NCBI GenBank assembly: GCA_021803205.1
Contig: JAJZMB010000029.1
Coordinates: forward strand, 1,765-65,764
DNA: 64,000 nt
DNA from: Bacillota bacterium
Lineage (GTDB): Bacteria; Bacillota; Sulfobacillia; RBS10-35; JAJYVN01
Direction of reading: 5' to 3'
The notes beneath the pieces are model-generated. The model saw nothing but the letters and a program-made list of their open reading frames with translations, was not told the DNA's origin and searched no databases. Shown here piece after piece: positions 1 to 13,422 of the stretch (positions are counted from its first letter, which is position 1; each line of letters opens with the position of its first letter). A program made the position numbers and the translations under genes.

Positions 1-625
<625 letters not shown>

Positions 626-755
626 TTATCCCCTTGCGTCCCGGGCGACCTCCGGGGCCGGCGCGAAAGCCCTCCTCCGCAGCCCCCCCCGGACAGCGGA
701 CCCCTCACCAGCCGGCCGGGCGCCAGGGGACAGACCGCGGCGGACGCCGCGCCGA

Positions 756-1082
756 CTAGTCCACGATCGCCAAAATGTCGCGTTCGCTGAGGATGAGGAC
801 CTCCTCGCCCTCGAGCTTGACCTCCGTGCCGGCGTACTTGGAAAAGATGATCGTGTCGCCCTCGTTCACATCGAGGGGCCGGCGCTCCTTGCTGTTCTCG
901 ATGAAGGCGCCCTTGCCGACAGCCAGAACCTTACCCTGCTGAGGCTTCTCCTTGGCTGTGTCGGGCAGGACGATGCCGGACTTGGTGCGCTGCTCTTCCT
1001 CCAGGGCCTTCACCACGATGCGGTCGCCCAGCGGTCGGATCTTCAGTTGGCTCTCCTCCTTCGGTCGAGGCATGCTGCTCAC
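756..1082 (-). CDS. groES: Co-chaperonin GroES
   Basis: ...[46 protein letters not shown]...[34 protein letters not shown] is typical GroES. The track start at 1127 lies inside the CIRCE operator. I prefer GTG at 1082 (AAAGGAGGG 10 nt upstream); ATG at 1073 is the alternative. Confidence 0.9.
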   Translation of the reverse strand: MSSMPRPKEESQLKIRPLGDRIVVKALEEEQRTKSGIVLPDTAKEKPQQGKVLAVGKGAFIENSKERRPLDVNEGDTIIFSKYAGTEVKLEGEEVLILSERDILAIVD

Positions 1083-1116
1083 CGGACGGGACCCTCCTTT
1101 CCCCGGAACCTGGCTG

Positions 1117-1143
1117 TTAGCACTCACTGAAATCGAGTGCTAA
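1117..1143 (-). promoter_or_regulatory. CIRCE operator (HrcA binding site) of groESL
   Basis: Perfect TTAGCACTC-N9-GAGTGCTAA inverted repeat, located between the predicted promoter and the groES start. Confidence 0.9.
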
Positions 1144-1154
1144 CGCCCGGACGT

Positions 1155-1183
1155 ATGATATGAGGGCCGTCCGCTAGAGTCAA
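1155..1183 (-). promoter_or_regulatory. Sigma-A type promoter of groESL
   Basis: Minus strand reads TTGACT-17 nt-TATCAT, immediately upstream of CIRCE. Confidence 0.6.
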
Positions 1184-1388
1184 GGGCTTGCGGCACAGCT
1201 ATACGCCACCGGATTTCGGCGCCGGCCCCGGGGTGTCGCCACGCCATCACGGCGGGATGCCCGCTGCCGGTCCGTCCCAACAGTTGACCACCGCAGCATA
1301 CTGCAGGAAGGGGCCATCTATCCCGCACAGGCCGAAGGTGTTCCGACCCGGCGAGCGCGCCCGCCGGCAGCAGCCGGCGCATGCATGG

Positions 1389-1892
1389 TCAGCGAGGATG
1401 CCCCGCGCCGCACAGCATCGCGATGGCGTGGGGCAACACCGGCAGCAGGGCCGAGAGCCCGTCCCGGGCCCCGGCAGGACTGCCGGGAAGGTTGACGATC
1501 AGGGTCGTGCCGCGTATCGCGGCCCTCCCGCGCGACAAGGCCGCGAAGGCTGTCTTCTCCAGTCCGCGCAAGCGCAACAGTTCCGCCACGCCGGGCACGT
1601 CCCGCTCCCCAACATCCAGGGTAGCCTCCGGCGTCACATCGTCAGGGCCCAAACCGGTGCCGCCGGTGGTCAGGATGACGTCGACCGAACCCGAAGCCAC
1701 CCAACTTTGCAATAAATCGGCAATCCGACGGCGGTCGTCGCCGACAAGCGAGCGGACCACCACCTGACCGGCGGCCGCACGGACCCCCGCTTCCAAGGCA
1801 TCTCCTGACAGGTCGTCGGCCGGAGTGCGGGTCGAACTGCAGGTGAGCACCCCGAACCGCAGGCCAGTCAACGCGTCTTCGACTCCAGCCAT
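1389..1892 (-). CDS. moaB: Molybdenum cofactor biosynthesis protein MoaB/MogA family
   Basis: 167 aa with [21 protein letters not shown] and [10 protein letters not shown] motifs of the MoaB/Mog fold. It is the last gene of the moa cluster and overlaps the moaC stop. Confidence 0.85.
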   Translation of the reverse strand: MAGVEDALTGLRFGVLTCSSTRTPADDLSGDALEAGVRAAAGQVVVRSLVGDDRRRIADLLQSWVASGSVDVILTTGGTGLGPDDVTPEATLDVGERDVPGVAELLRLRGLEKTAFAALSRGRAAIRGTTLIVNLPGSPAGARDGLSALLPVLPHAIAMLCGAGHPR

Positions 1893-2404
1893 GGCTGTTC
1901 CCCCTCACGACGGAAGTGCCCGGAGCGGCCGCCGGATTTGGACACCAGACGGATGTCGGAGATGATGTGGCCACGGCCATACGCCTTGGTCATGTCGTAT
2001 ATGGTCAGGAGCGCAGCGCCGACGGCGCACAGGGCCTCCATCTCCACCCCCGTCGGTCCGGTGCAGACAACGACCGTCTCGACCTCGACCCTGGGCTCGT
2101 CCAACCGGAAGCGCACCTCGACAGACGTCAAAAGCAGCGGATGACAGAGCGGGATCAGGTCCGAGGTGCGTTTCGCGCCGCCGATCCCGGCGATGCGCGC
2201 CACCCCGAGGACGTCACCCTTGGCGGCCGTTCCCGAGGTCACGGCCGCGAACGCCTCTGTGGAGAGCGTGATGGCGCCGCGGGCCACCGCGACCCGTTCG
2301 GTCTCGGGCTTGCCTCCGACATCGACCATCACCGCGCGGCCCCGCGCATCGAAATGCGGGGAACCCGGCAGAGATCGGTGGCTGCCGACCGTGTCGTCAG
2401 CCAC
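1868..2404 (-). CDS. moaC: Cyclic pyranopterin monophosphate synthase accessory protein MoaC
   Basis: [29 protein letters not shown]...[24 protein letters not shown] is canonical MoaC. Confidence 0.9.
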   Translation of the reverse strand: MADDTVGSHRSLPGSPHFDARGRAVMVDVGGKPETERVAVARGAITLSTEAFAAVTSGTAAKGDVLGVARIAGIGGAKRTSDLIPLCHPLLLTSVEVRFRLDEPRVEVETVVVCTGPTGVEMEALCAVGAALLTIYDMTKAYGRGHIISDIRLVSKSGGRSGHFRREGEQPWLESKTR

Positions 2405-3374
2405 CGATCGTCCACATCCTCCTGCCGCTGGTCTCCTCCAGGTACTCTTCCATCAGATGGCGTTCCGGCTTGGCGCGAATGCCTTTGGCCACCAGCCGCC
2501 GCAATTGCTCGTCGGAGCTCCCCCCACGCAGGGGACCCTTCAGGTCCACCGCCAGCAGGGAGCCGAGGCAGGGCTGCAGTTCGCCGTCGGCCGTCAGCCG
2601 CACACGGTTACAGTTGTGGCAGAAGTTCTCGGTCATCGCGGTGATCACGCCCACCGTGCCGGCGAAGCCCGGCACCCGCGAATACTTGGCCGGGCCCCCG
2701 CCCTCCAGTTCAGCGGGGACCAGTTCGTACCGGTCCCCGATCCGCGCACGGATCTCTTCGGCAGAAAAAAGCCGCTGCCGCGCCCAGGGGTGGCTGGTAC
2801 CGAGCGGCATGAGTTCGATGAAGCGCACGTGCAGCGGACGCGACTCCGTGAGGGCCACGAAGTCGGCGATCTCGTCGTCGTTCTCTCCCCGAAGCACGAC
2901 GCAGTTCAGTTTGACGGGGTGCAGCCCGGCGGCGAGCGCGGACTCCACCCCGTTCCATACGGCGCCGAAGTCGCCGAAGTGCGTCAGGAACCGGAAGCGA
3001 TCCGGCCGCAGGCTGTCCAGGCTGATGTTGATCCGCCGCAGTCCGGCAGCGCGAAGTTCCTCCGCCAACCCGGCGAACGTCATCCCGTTGGTGGTCATCG
3101 ACACGTCTTCGATGCCTGGCGTAGCCGCGACCTGCCGCACAAAATCCACGATGCCCGGCCGGGTCGTGGGCTCACCGCCGGTGACTCGGATGCGCCGGAC
3201 GCCCAGGGAGGCCGCGGCGCGGACCACCCGCAGCATCTCGTCCCAGGTCAGGATGTCGCCCTGGTCCTTAAAGCGCACGCCGTCTGTGGGCATGCAGTAG
3301 CGGCAGCGGAGGTTGCAGCGGTCAGTGACGGATACGCGAAGGTAGGTGACCACGCGACCGTAGAGATCCTGCAC
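2397..3374 (-). CDS. moaA: GTP 3',8-cyclase MoaA (radical SAM)
   Basis: [19 protein letters not shown] radical-SAM CxxxCxxC motif and a C-terminal [21 protein letters not shown] cluster. The track start at 3461 overlaps moeA by 60 nt. I prefer GTG at 3374 (GGGGGAG 9 nt upstream), giving [15 protein letters not shown]. Confidence 0.9.
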   Translation of the reverse strand: MQDLYGRVVTYLRVSVTDRCNLRCRYCMPTDGVRFKDQGDILTWDEMLRVVRAAASLGVRRIRVTGGEPTTRPGIVDFVRQVAATPGIEDVSMTTNGMTFAGLAEELRAAGLRRINISLDSLRPDRFRFLTHFGDFGAVWNGVESALAAGLHPVKLNCVVLRGENDDEIADFVALTESRPLHVRFIELMPLGTSHPWARQRLFSAEEIRARIGDRYELVPAELEGGGPAKYSRVPGFAGTVGVITAMTENFCHNCNRVRLTADGELQPCLGSLLAVDLKGPLRGGSSDEQLRRLVAKGIRAKPERHLMEEYLEETSGRRMWTIGG

Positions 3375-3400
3375 GGAAGACCACTCCCCCGCCGCCGATT

Positions 3401-4585
3401 CTAATCCAGCAGCGCCACGGCCACCCGCGTCCCGGCCTCCAGGATGTGGCCGGCTGGGCAACGGACCAGCCCGTCCGCACGGGCGAGGTTGCCCACGGTG
3501 GCGGAGGCGCCCTGCAGCGGGACGGCCCTGCCGTCTTCCAGCCGCACCCGCAACAAGAGGTCCCGGTCCATCGGGGCACGCACAGCTTCGGCCAGCGTCG
3601 CGGGCGCCGCGCCACGCGGCCGCGGGGAAGTCTCACCGCCCGACCGCAGCACCGCCTCCCGAACAAGGAGTTCGTAGACGACCAGTGCCGACACCGCGTG
3701 ACCGGGCAGAGCCACAGCCCACCGGTCCCCGGCGACGAAGGCGGCCGTAGGCCGCCCCGGACGGATGGAGATGCCGGAGAACAGCGGCGGCACACCCAGA
3801 ACTTCCTGCAGGGCCACCCCGACGTAGTCCCGCTCCCCGACCGAACTGCCGCCGGTGCAAAGGAGCGCGTCGCATTGGAGCCCCCGCCGGACCGCCTCCA
3901 CCACCGCCCCACGCCGGTCGGCCGCGATGCCCAGCATGACGGGGTCCGCCCCGTCCCGACGGAGCGCCGCGCAGAGGGCAGGCCCGTTGCTGTCGGGCAC
4001 CTGCCCGGGCCCAGGCACGCGATCCGCGGGCACCAGTTCGTCGCCCGTCGAGAGCACCGCGATACGCGGCTTGCGCCGCACCTCGACCCAGGTCGCACCG
4101 GCCGTGGCCAGCATGGCCATCTCCGGCGGTCGCAGGCGCCTGCCGGCCGGCACCACGACAACGCCGCCACGGGCATCCGCCCCGCGGCGCACAATGTTCT
4201 GCTCGGGAACGGGGGTGCGCCCGATGTGGACCCATCCGCCGACGACCGTGACGTCTTCCTGCATCACTACGGCGTCGGCTCCAGGCGGAAGCATCCCGCC
4301 CGTGGGTACGGCCACCGCGCAGTCGCGCCCGGGCAGGGGATCCGCGGCGCGCCCCATGGTCACTTCCCCGGCCAGCCGCACCCGCTCCGGGCACCCGCAC
4401 CACACGGCGTAGCCGTCGACCAGCGACCGGTCGAACGCCGGAAGGTCCGTCGGCGCCAGCACCGCCACCGCGGTGACGCGCGACAGGCACAGCGGCAACG
4501 CCAGAGACTCGACATCGCCCGCCGGCCCAGGAAGCGCTTCCAGCAGCTTTTCGCACGCAGCCTCGATGGTGACGGGCCGCACCAC
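3401..4585 (-). CDS. moeA: Molybdopterin molybdenumtransferase MoeA
   Basis: 394 aa with PAFDRSLVDGYAV, GADAVVMQEDV and LLCTGGSSVGERDYV, typical MoeA. GAGAGGGGG RBS upstream. Confidence 0.9.
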   Translation of the reverse strand: MVRPVTIEAACEKLLEALPGPAGDVESLALPLCLSRVTAVAVLAPTDLPAFDRSLVDGYAVWCGCPERVRLAGEVTMGRAADPLPGRDCAVAVPTGGMLPPGADAVVMQEDVTVVGGWVHIGRTPVPEQNIVRRGADARGGVVVVPAGRRLRPPEMAMLATAGATWVEVRRKPRIAVLSTGDELVPADRVPGPGQVPDSNGPALCAALRRDGADPVMLGIAADRRGAVVEAVRRGLQCDALLCTGGSSVGERDYVGVALQEVLGVPPLFSGISIRPGRPTAAFVAGDRWAVALPGHAVSALVVYELLVREAVLRSGGETSPRPRGAAPATLAEAVRAPMDRDLLLRVRLEDGRAVPLQGASATVGNLARADGLVRCPAGHILEAGTRVAVALLD

Positions 4586-4633
4586 CTAACAGCCCCCTCT
4601 CGGGGACACTCTACCACGCGGGGGTGCAGGGGC

Positions 4634-5869
4634 GTGGAGACTTGGCGGCGCTGGTCCGCACAAACGGTGGCCTGGCTCCGCGAGGGAATCCAGCGGAGTC
4701 GCGCGCTGTGCGGTGGGTCCCGGCCCCTGTCCGGTGACGCGGCCGGCGGCGCTCGGCGGGGCTTGGCCCGGTTGGCCGGCCTCTTCGGCCTGCGCGGCTG
4801 GCGCGCCGGAGTCGCCGTCACTACCAGCGCGCTGGCGCTTGTCCTTGTGGTGGGCATGAGCCTGGGCATGTGGCGCGGCGCGCGGCGGATGCCCGGCGGT
4901 AACCCGCCCAAGGTCATCGGCTTCTACCAGAACGGCTGGAGCGCGATTTACAGGAGTTCCTTCCCCAGCGTGCGCCAGCACTACACCACCCTCAACACGG
5001 TGCTCGCCTTCTGGTACAGCATCGACGGCAGCGGCCAGATCCACGCCCACCAACCGAGCCCCGGTGTGACCCAATGGATCGAAAGCCACCAGATGCACAT
5101 GGGCGTCCTGATCAACAACATCGCGGGATCCTCGGGCAACAACGCCGGGATGCTCACCGATCCCGCGGCGCGCGCGGCAGCGGTGAAGAACATCGTCACC
5201 CTCGTCCGGCAAAAGCACTACCAGGAGGTCAACATCGACTTCGAACTTCTTCACCCCAGTGCGCGACAGGGCCTCGTCACCTTCATGCAGGATCTGCGTA
5301 CGGCCCTGCCCAAAGGCGTGGTGCTCTCCGAATCTGTGTTCCCCCGGTTGGGCGTGCCGAGCCAACTCAACGGCGCCTACGACTACCCGGCCCTGGCCAA
5401 AGTCGTGGACTATCTGGTGGTTATGCTCTATGACAAGCACTCCAACGGCGGTCCGGCCGGACCGGTCTCCCCCTACAGTTGGGTGGTCGAGAACATGAAC
5501 TGGCTCTTGCACACGGCCAGGATTCCTGCGGACAAGCTCGTCATCGCCGCCGGCGTCTATGGATACGACTGGCAGGTCGGGAGCACCACAGCCACGGAGA
5601 TGCCCCTGACCGAAATTCAGGCCAAGATCAAGACGCTGGGCGTGACGCCGAGGATGGACGCCTCCTCGGAGAACCCATATTTCTATTACACGGACAGCAG
5701 TGGGAACCGGCATGTGGTCTGGTACCAGAACCAGGTCACCGTCCAGCAGCGGCTGCAGTTGGCGGAAAAGCTCGGGCTGCGGGGCATGGCCATCTGGGCG
5801 CTCGGAGAGGAGACGCCCGCGGTGTGGAGCGTCATCGAGCAGACCTGGACCGCCAAGAAGGGAGCATGA
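4634..5869 (+). CDS. Membrane-anchored glycoside hydrolase family 18 protein (YaaH/YdhD-like spore peptidoglycan hydrolase or chitinase-like)
   Basis: C-terminal two-thirds of track ORF 3446..5869. It has one TM segment (VAVTTSALALVLVVGMSLGMW), then KVIGFYQNGW, YQEVNIDFELL (GH18 DxE catalytic-type motif) and GMAIWALGEE. The part upstream of 4586 is antisense to moeA. The start (GTG 4634) is uncertain. Confidence 0.75.
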   Translation: METWRRWSAQTVAWLREGIQRSRALCGGSRPLSGDAAGGARRGLARLAGLFGLRGWRAGVAVTTSALALVLVVGMSLGMWRGARRMPGGNPPKVIGFYQNGWSAIYRSSFPSVRQHYTTLNTVLAFWYSIDGSGQIHAHQPSPGVTQWIESHQMHMGVLINNIAGSSGNNAGMLTDPAARAAAVKNIVTLVRQKHYQEVNIDFELLHPSARQGLVTFMQDLRTALPKGVVLSESVFPRLGVPSQLNGAYDYPALAKVVDYLVVMLYDKHSNGGPAGPVSPYSWVVENMNWLLHTARIPADKLVIAAGVYGYDWQVGSTTATEMPLTEIQAKIKTLGVTPRMDASSENPYFYYTDSSGNRHVVWYQNQVTVQQRLQLAEKLGLRGMAIWALGEETPAVWSVIEQTWTAKKGA

Positions 5870-6213
5870 GGACATGGGGAACCGCTGCCGGATCCTCTTT
5901 GGCGAGGCCCCTGCTTCCATGACCCGACGTCCCGGCCAGCGCCCCCTGGCGGCAATTTCCCGGTCATCCGCACCCAGTCTTTCGAGACGTTCATCCCGCT
6001 GGCTCTTGCCAGGGTGCCTGTTACCTGACTAAGGAGCCGCCACCGAACAAGGTAGGCCTGCTTGACAAGTAGGCACACCCGCTCCGCACGATTTGCCGGG
6101 GTTGTATCGCCGAGATCCGAGGTCACATCTCGCGAGACCAACAGGCACAGCCCTGTGACGCTCGATTGCACAGTCACGACGCCTGGCGCCAGGACTCCCG
6201 CGCGCCCCGCCCG

Positions 6214-6329
6214 AGGAAAAGTCGTTTCATGGCCGCTCCTGACCATCCTCTTGCAGCGCAACCCTCTGGCGACCAACCAGGTCACTGAGTGGGTCCCGAT
6301 AAGTGGGAAACTCCCCTCAGGACGGCGCC
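6214..6329 (+). repeat. Degenerate or partial copy of the 91-nt intergenic repeat family
   Basis: Starts GGAAAAGTCGTTTCATGG (compare GCAAAAGTCGGTTTCTGC) and keeps CTGACCA and ACCCT islands of the core. The rest has diverged. Confidence 0.35.
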
Positions 6330-6420
6330 GCAAAAGTCGGTTTCTGCACTGACCACGAATCGTGGACCCTTGAGGGACAAGGAATACCGGAGCAGTGGCC
6401 TCGCAAAAGCGGACTTTTGC
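6330..6420 (+). repeat. 91-nt intergenic repeat, copy U1
   Basis: GCAAAAGTCGGTTTCTGCAC...CGTGGACCCTTGAGGGACAAGG...CCGGAGC...GCAAAAGCGGACTTTTGC. Both ends are small hairpins. 66 of 91 positions match copy U7 (reverse complement) in an ungapped hand alignment. Ends 9 nt from the guaB stop codon. Confidence 0.85.
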
Positions 6421-6429
6421 GCCGGCCAA

Positions 6430-9338
<2,909 letters not shown>

Positions 9339-9471
9339 GGATAGGCAGCGGCCCCCGCACAAACGGCGGCTGCCGCAACGGCGACGGGTACCCTGTCCGA
9401 CCCGTAGGCCACTGCCGGCGCGCTGGCCCCCGCAATGCGCGCCCGGCCGCACCGGCGCCGCCGCGACGCGC

Positions 9472-10926
9472 CTACCGCCCCAGGCCGGAGACCTCGCTTG
9501 CGCGGCACGCGCCTTCCTGCAACTTCCGGGCCAGGGCGTGGGCCACCGTCGTGATGCTGCCGGCACCCATCACCAAAATCAGGTCGCCTTCGCTACACTG
9601 GGACAGGCAGGCTGCCACCAACTCGCGGGCATCGGGCACATAGCGCACCGGCACCCCGCTGCCGCGTCCGACCATGTCGGCAAAGGCGGCGCCGCTCACA
9701 CCCGGCAGGGGGGCCTCCCCGGCGGGGGCATAGATGTCGGTGAGCAGCAGTATGTCACAGCCTCGGAAGGCCGTGGCGAATCCGTCCCACAACTGGGCCG
9801 TGCGCTGATAACGATGGGGCTGGAAGACCGCGACCACGCGTCCCTCGGATCTCTGCCGCGCCGCCGCGATGGCCGCAGCCACCTTGGTGGGGTTGTGCGC
9901 GTAGTCGTCGACCACCGTGACTCCACGTGCGCGACAGAGCACCTCGAACCGGCGCACCGCGCCAGAGAATCCGGAAAAGGCCCGGGCGACGGAGGCGAGG
10001 TCGCAGTGGAGGCGGAAAGCGACGCCGATCGCCGCCAGGGCGTTGGCCACGTTGTGCCGCCCCGGGACGCGCAGGCGGAAGGTTCCAAGATGTTCTCCCC
10101 GGTAGACTGCGCGGAAACGGGTCTCGGTGCGGTCGTACACCGCATCCGCCGCCGTCAGTTCGGCATCCGGACCAAGCCCGTACCAGATCCGTTCGGGCCA
10201 AGAGGCTTCGGCCGCCATGAGCGCGCGCAATCGCGCGTCGTCGGCGCAGAGGACGGCCAGACCGCCAGTGCGCAACCCGGTCAGGAATTTCCGGTAGGCG
10301 TCCAGTACACGGCCGAAGTCGCCGCCGTAATGCTCCAGATGTTCAGGCTCCGCGCCAGTGACCACGGCGATGTCGGGATGGTAGCGCAGGAAGGACCCGT
10401 CGCTCTCGTCGGCCTCCACCACGACCGGACCCGCCCCCAGGCGAAAGTTCCCCCCCTCCAGGTAAGGGACGTCCGCCCCGACGAACACGGTGGGATCGAG
10501 ACCCGCAGCCACTGCGGCCAACCCGCAGAGCGCTGTCGTGCTCGACTTGCCGTGCGTTCCGGTCACGGCAACGGCCCTGGCTCCCGCCGTACGCAGAAAC
10601 CAGTCGAGCACGACCGACCGGTGCGCTACCTGCAGACCGCGTGCGGCCGCCGCCGTCAGTTCCGCATTGCCGGCGGGCACATCTGTACTGCACACCACCA
10701 GGGCATCCGGCGGCAAAACCGCGACGGCATCGGCCGAGTGGCCAAGCCGGACGCGCACACCCCACGCCGCCACGCGATCCGTGCGGGGGGAGGCCGCCAC
10801 GTCGGAACCGCTGACCGCTACGCCCAGCCGGGACAGGGCGGCGGCGAGACCGCTCATGCTGTGCCCGCCGACACCCACAAAGTGGACCGCGGACCAGGGG
10901 GCGGAACCGGCACGGACCGAGGCCAT
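9472..10926 (-). CDS. murC: UDP-N-acetylmuramate--L-alanine ligase
   Basis: HFVGVGGHSMSGLA, VTGTHGKSSTT and DDYAHNPTK are Mur ligase / MurC signatures. 484 aa. Confidence 0.9.
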   Translation of the reverse strand: MASVRAGSAPWSAVHFVGVGGHSMSGLAAALSRLGVAVSGSDVAASPRTDRVAAWGVRVRLGHSADAVAVLPPDALVVCSTDVPAGNAELTAAAARGLQVAHRSVVLDWFLRTAGARAVAVTGTHGKSSTTALCGLAAVAAGLDPTVFVGADVPYLEGGNFRLGAGPVVVEADESDGSFLRYHPDIAVVTGAEPEHLEHYGGDFGRVLDAYRKFLTGLRTGGLAVLCADDARLRALMAAEASWPERIWYGLGPDAELTAADAVYDRTETRFRAVYRGEHLGTFRLRVPGRHNVANALAAIGVAFRLHCDLASVARAFSGFSGAVRRFEVLCRARGVTVVDDYAHNPTKVAAAIAAARQRSEGRVVAVFQPHRYQRTAQLWDGFATAFRGCDILLLTDIYAPAGEAPLPGVSGAAFADMVGRGSGVPVRYVPDARELVAACLSQCSEGDLILVMGAGSITTVAHALARKLQEGACRASEVSGLGR

Positions 10927-11069
10927 GTGTGCACCCCTTCACCGGCGCATTGCTGCAGCCGCAGTCTACGGTGCGGTGCGGCCGCCGGTAACCGGGCAGG
11001 TCCGTGTCCGCCCGCCCGGATGCCAATCGCACGGCGTACAGCCGGCGGTTATCTCGCCGGAGACGCCCA

Positions 11070-12086
11070 TTATTCGCCAAAGCCCAGTGCCGAGAGGCTG
11101 CCGGGACGATCGCGCCAGCCCTCCTTGACCTTCACCCACACATCCAGATAGACCGGCACGGCGAGGCGGCGCACAATCTCCACGCGCGCCGCAAGACCGA
11201 TGGCACGCAGCATCGCCCCACCTCGCCCGATGACGATACCCCGATGCGTCTCGCGCTCCACGTACAGCGTCACGCCGATGTAAAGGATGCCGCTGTCCCG
11301 CACCTTCCACTCCTCGACGGTCACGGCGACGCCGTGCGGCACCTCGTCGCGCAAGCGCGCCAGGGCCTGTTCGCGGACCAGTTCCGCAACGAGGACCTGT
11401 TCCGGCTGGTCGGTGAGGACGGTGTCCGGGAAGTAGGCCGGACCGGGGGGCATGTGCGGGAGCAGGGCCCCCAGCAAGGCATCCAGCCCCGCGCCGGTCA
11501 CCGCCGAAACCGCCAGGACCGCAGCGAAGGGACGATCCGCCGGTGCCAGACCGCCATAGGCGGCCACCCGCGCCGGCATCTCCCGTTCGGCGACCAGGTC
11601 GCACTTGTTGAGCAACAGCAGGCGCGGACATTCGGCGGCAAGCACGTGTTCCGCCGCCCTCCGATCGTTCTGTCCCGGTTCAGGCGCGGAGGCGTCGACG
11701 ACCAGACACGCCACTTCCACTCCCGTCAGGGCCGAGCGGGCAGAGGCCACCATCTGGCGCCCGAGCCGGTGCCGGGGCCTGTGGACACCCGGTGTATCCA
11801 CCAAGACGATCTGGACGCCCGGAAGGTGCAGCACGGCCAGGATGCGGCGACGCGTCGTCTGCGGCTTGTCAGAGACGATGGCCACCTTGTCCCCGACAAG
11901 CCGATTGCAGAGGCTCGATTTCCCCACGTTGGGCCGGCCAACCAGCGCCACAAACCCGGAGCGAAAAGGCGTATCCGCGCGATCGTCCCCGGAAGGGCCG
12001 GATGGAACCGCGGCGTCCGGCCGGGGCCGACGCGGCAGCCGCCCGTCGCCGCCGGAGGAACGAACCGTGAATCGCCTGCCGGTCAC
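11070..12086 (-). CDS. era: GTPase Era
   Basis: FVALVGRPNVGKSSL (G1), DKPQTTR, VDTPG, LLLNKCD and a C-terminal KH domain (VERETHRGIVIGRGGAMLR). The start is set at a GTG that overlaps the dgkA stop (GTGA). The track start at 12671 is an artefact. Confidence 0.9.
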   Translation of the reverse strand: MTGRRFTVRSSGGDGRLPRRPRPDAAVPSGPSGDDRADTPFRSGFVALVGRPNVGKSSLCNRLVGDKVAIVSDKPQTTRRRILAVLHLPGVQIVLVDTPGVHRPRHRLGRQMVASARSALTGVEVACLVVDASAPEPGQNDRRAAEHVLAAECPRLLLLNKCDLVAEREMPARVAAYGGLAPADRPFAAVLAVSAVTGAGLDALLGALLPHMPPGPAYFPDTVLTDQPEQVLVAELVREQALARLRDEVPHGVAVTVEEWKVRDSGILYIGVTLYVERETHRGIVIGRGGAMLRAIGLAARVEIVRRLAVPVYLDVWVKVKEGWRDRPGSLSALGFGE

Positions 12087-12583
12087 TCTGGGCCGTTCCC
12101 CCTTGCACCGCAACTCCGCCCCGGAAGTCGGGCCGCCGCGGCCCCCGCCAATGCCGCCAGGACCACCAATCCCAGAGCCGCCCGCGCCGGGTGGGCGGCC
12201 GCGCCCGCCAACAGGGCCCGCGTGTACGGGCCGACGGGCCAAAAGACCGCCGCTCCCGCCCCCAACGCCCCGAGCGACATCGCCAGCACGGCTCCGGCCG
12301 CCAGGTCCTTGGCGGCCGCCGCGAGGGGGTGGGGGCCAGGGGCTGCCAGATCCACCAGCGTCTCCAGCGCCGAATTCATGATCTCCGCAGACAGGACCGC
12401 CGACACAAGGGCGAGGAGCACCGCGACGCGAGCGGCCGGCAGGCGGCAGAACCATGCGGCCGAGAGCGCCGCCCACGCTACGCACGCCTGAACGCGTAGA
12501 TTGCGTTCGGCGCGCCAGGCGCGGCGCAGGCCCGCACCCGCAAAGACGAAGCTGCGCCACCACACGCCGGCCGGGAAACGCAA
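12083..12583 (-). CDS. dgkA: Diacylglycerol/undecaprenol kinase DgkA family, with an extra C-terminal hydrophobic tail
   Basis: RAERNLRVQ...SAEIMNSALETLVDLAAPGPHPLAAAAKDLAAGAVL matches the DgkA core. Synteny is ybeY-dgkA-era. The start is uncertain: TTG 12583 by comparison with the B. subtilis N-terminus, or GTG 12658 in the track. Confidence 0.7.
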   Translation of the reverse strand: MRFPAGVWWRSFVFAGAGLRRAWRAERNLRVQACVAWAALSAAWFCRLPAARVAVLLALVSAVLSAEIMNSALETLVDLAAPGPHPLAAAAKDLAAGAVLAMSLGALGAGAAVFWPVGPYTRALLAGAAAHPARAALGLVVLAALAGAAAARLPGRSCGARGNGPE

Positions 12584-12691
12584 CCCGGACTCGGCACCGC
12601 AGCCCCCTCTCCGGGGGCTCCCGCCTCCACCCACCCGCAGCCCCCCCGGCCCGTCCACGCCCGGGGCGCATCCGCCCCGGGCGGCACCCGC

Positions 12692-13150
12692 CTAACGTCC
12701 CACCCCGAGGGCTGCGAGCACCGCTTCCGCCTTCGCCGCCATGACGGCCTCGCCCGCGGCGTCGGCGTCATCGTAGCCGAGGAGGTGGAGCGTACCATGC
12801 ACCGCGAGATAGCAGAACTCTCGGCGCTCGCTGTGACCGAAGTGCTCGGCCTGGGCCCGCACCCGCTCCCGGGAGATCACCACATCGCCGAGCGGCCCTG
12901 CCGCCGCAGCCGCCCCCTGGTCCGTCAGGAGAAACGAAAGGACGTCCGTAGGCCGGTCGACCCCCCGATACGTGCGATTGAGTGTGTGCAGCAGGGCGTC
13001 ATCGGCCACGTGCACCGATACCACTTCGGCCGCAGCGCCCTCCGCGGCGAGCACGTGATCCACCGCGGCGGCGATGAGCTCGGCATCCGTCGCGGAGAGT
13101 GGCGGTACAGCGTCTGCGTACGTAAGCTCCGCGGGCAACCCTGCACACAC
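12692..13150 (-). CDS. ybeY: rRNA maturation endoribonuclease YbeY
   Basis: HGTLHLLGYDD zinc-binding motif and TDVLSF. 152 aa. Confidence 0.9.
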   Translation of the reverse strand: MCAGLPAELTYADAVPPLSATDAELIAAAVDHVLAAEGAAAEVVSVHVADDALLHTLNRTYRGVDRPTDVLSFLLTDQGAAAAAGPLGDVVISRERVRAQAEHFGHSERREFCYLAVHGTLHLLGYDDADAAGEAVMAAKAEAVLAALGVGR

Positions 13151-13422
13151 CTTGCTTCCAGCGCGGAGGCGATCGGCAACGTCTCTATTCTAACCCTGGA
13201 ACCACCGCGATGGGACCCGCCATCGGAATGCGGAGCGGGAGTTCGCGCGGGCCATCCGATGGCGCGCGGGCGATGCACCCCACACCGCGCGCCGTGGGGA
13301 CCCGGCCGCGTTCCCGCGGCCGGCGCAACCCCGCACTCTACCGGGAACGACTGCCCGGAATCGGTTCCATTTCCGGAGCATCGCCACGCACCGGCGTGCG
13401 CGCAGCGACGCGGAGGTCGCCG

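Noticed and set aside
3446-4633. Very long ORFs antisense to, or overlapping, known genes. Examples: the 5' part of 3446..5869(+), 9181..11151(+), 24559..26088(+), 36884..38413(-), 45157..46410(-), 51765..54176(+), 55760..57427(+).
   Set aside because: Their translations are Arg/Pro/Gly/Ala-rich and low in complexity, with no recognisable motifs. Each lies opposite a gene with unmistakable homology. Stop codons are rare in every frame at about 70% GC, so such ORFs are expected by chance.
4586-4633. Moco riboswitch upstream of the moeA-moaACB operon.
   Set aside because: Only about 48 bp separate moeA from the divergent GH18 gene, which is too short for the Moco RNA motif of about 130 nt. No conserved motif elements are visible.
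6330-6420. The recurring 18-nt GCAAAAG-N4-CTTTTGC hairpins, spaced about 55-75 nt apart, as a possible CRISPR array.
   Set aside because: The sequences between the hairpins are homologous to each other across loci (conserved GGGGACAAGG core). At most 2-3 hairpins occur per locus, their orientation alternates, and no cas genes are present. This is a dispersed repeat, not a spacer array.
12659-12691. Perfect 11-bp hairpin CGCCCGGGGCG-gat-CGCCCCGGGCG between ybeY and dgkA as an operon-internal terminator.
   Set aside because: It lies within a tightly coupled operon, directly before a possible dgkA start. It has no U-tract and could equally be coincidental GC-rich self-complementarity. Noted but not called.
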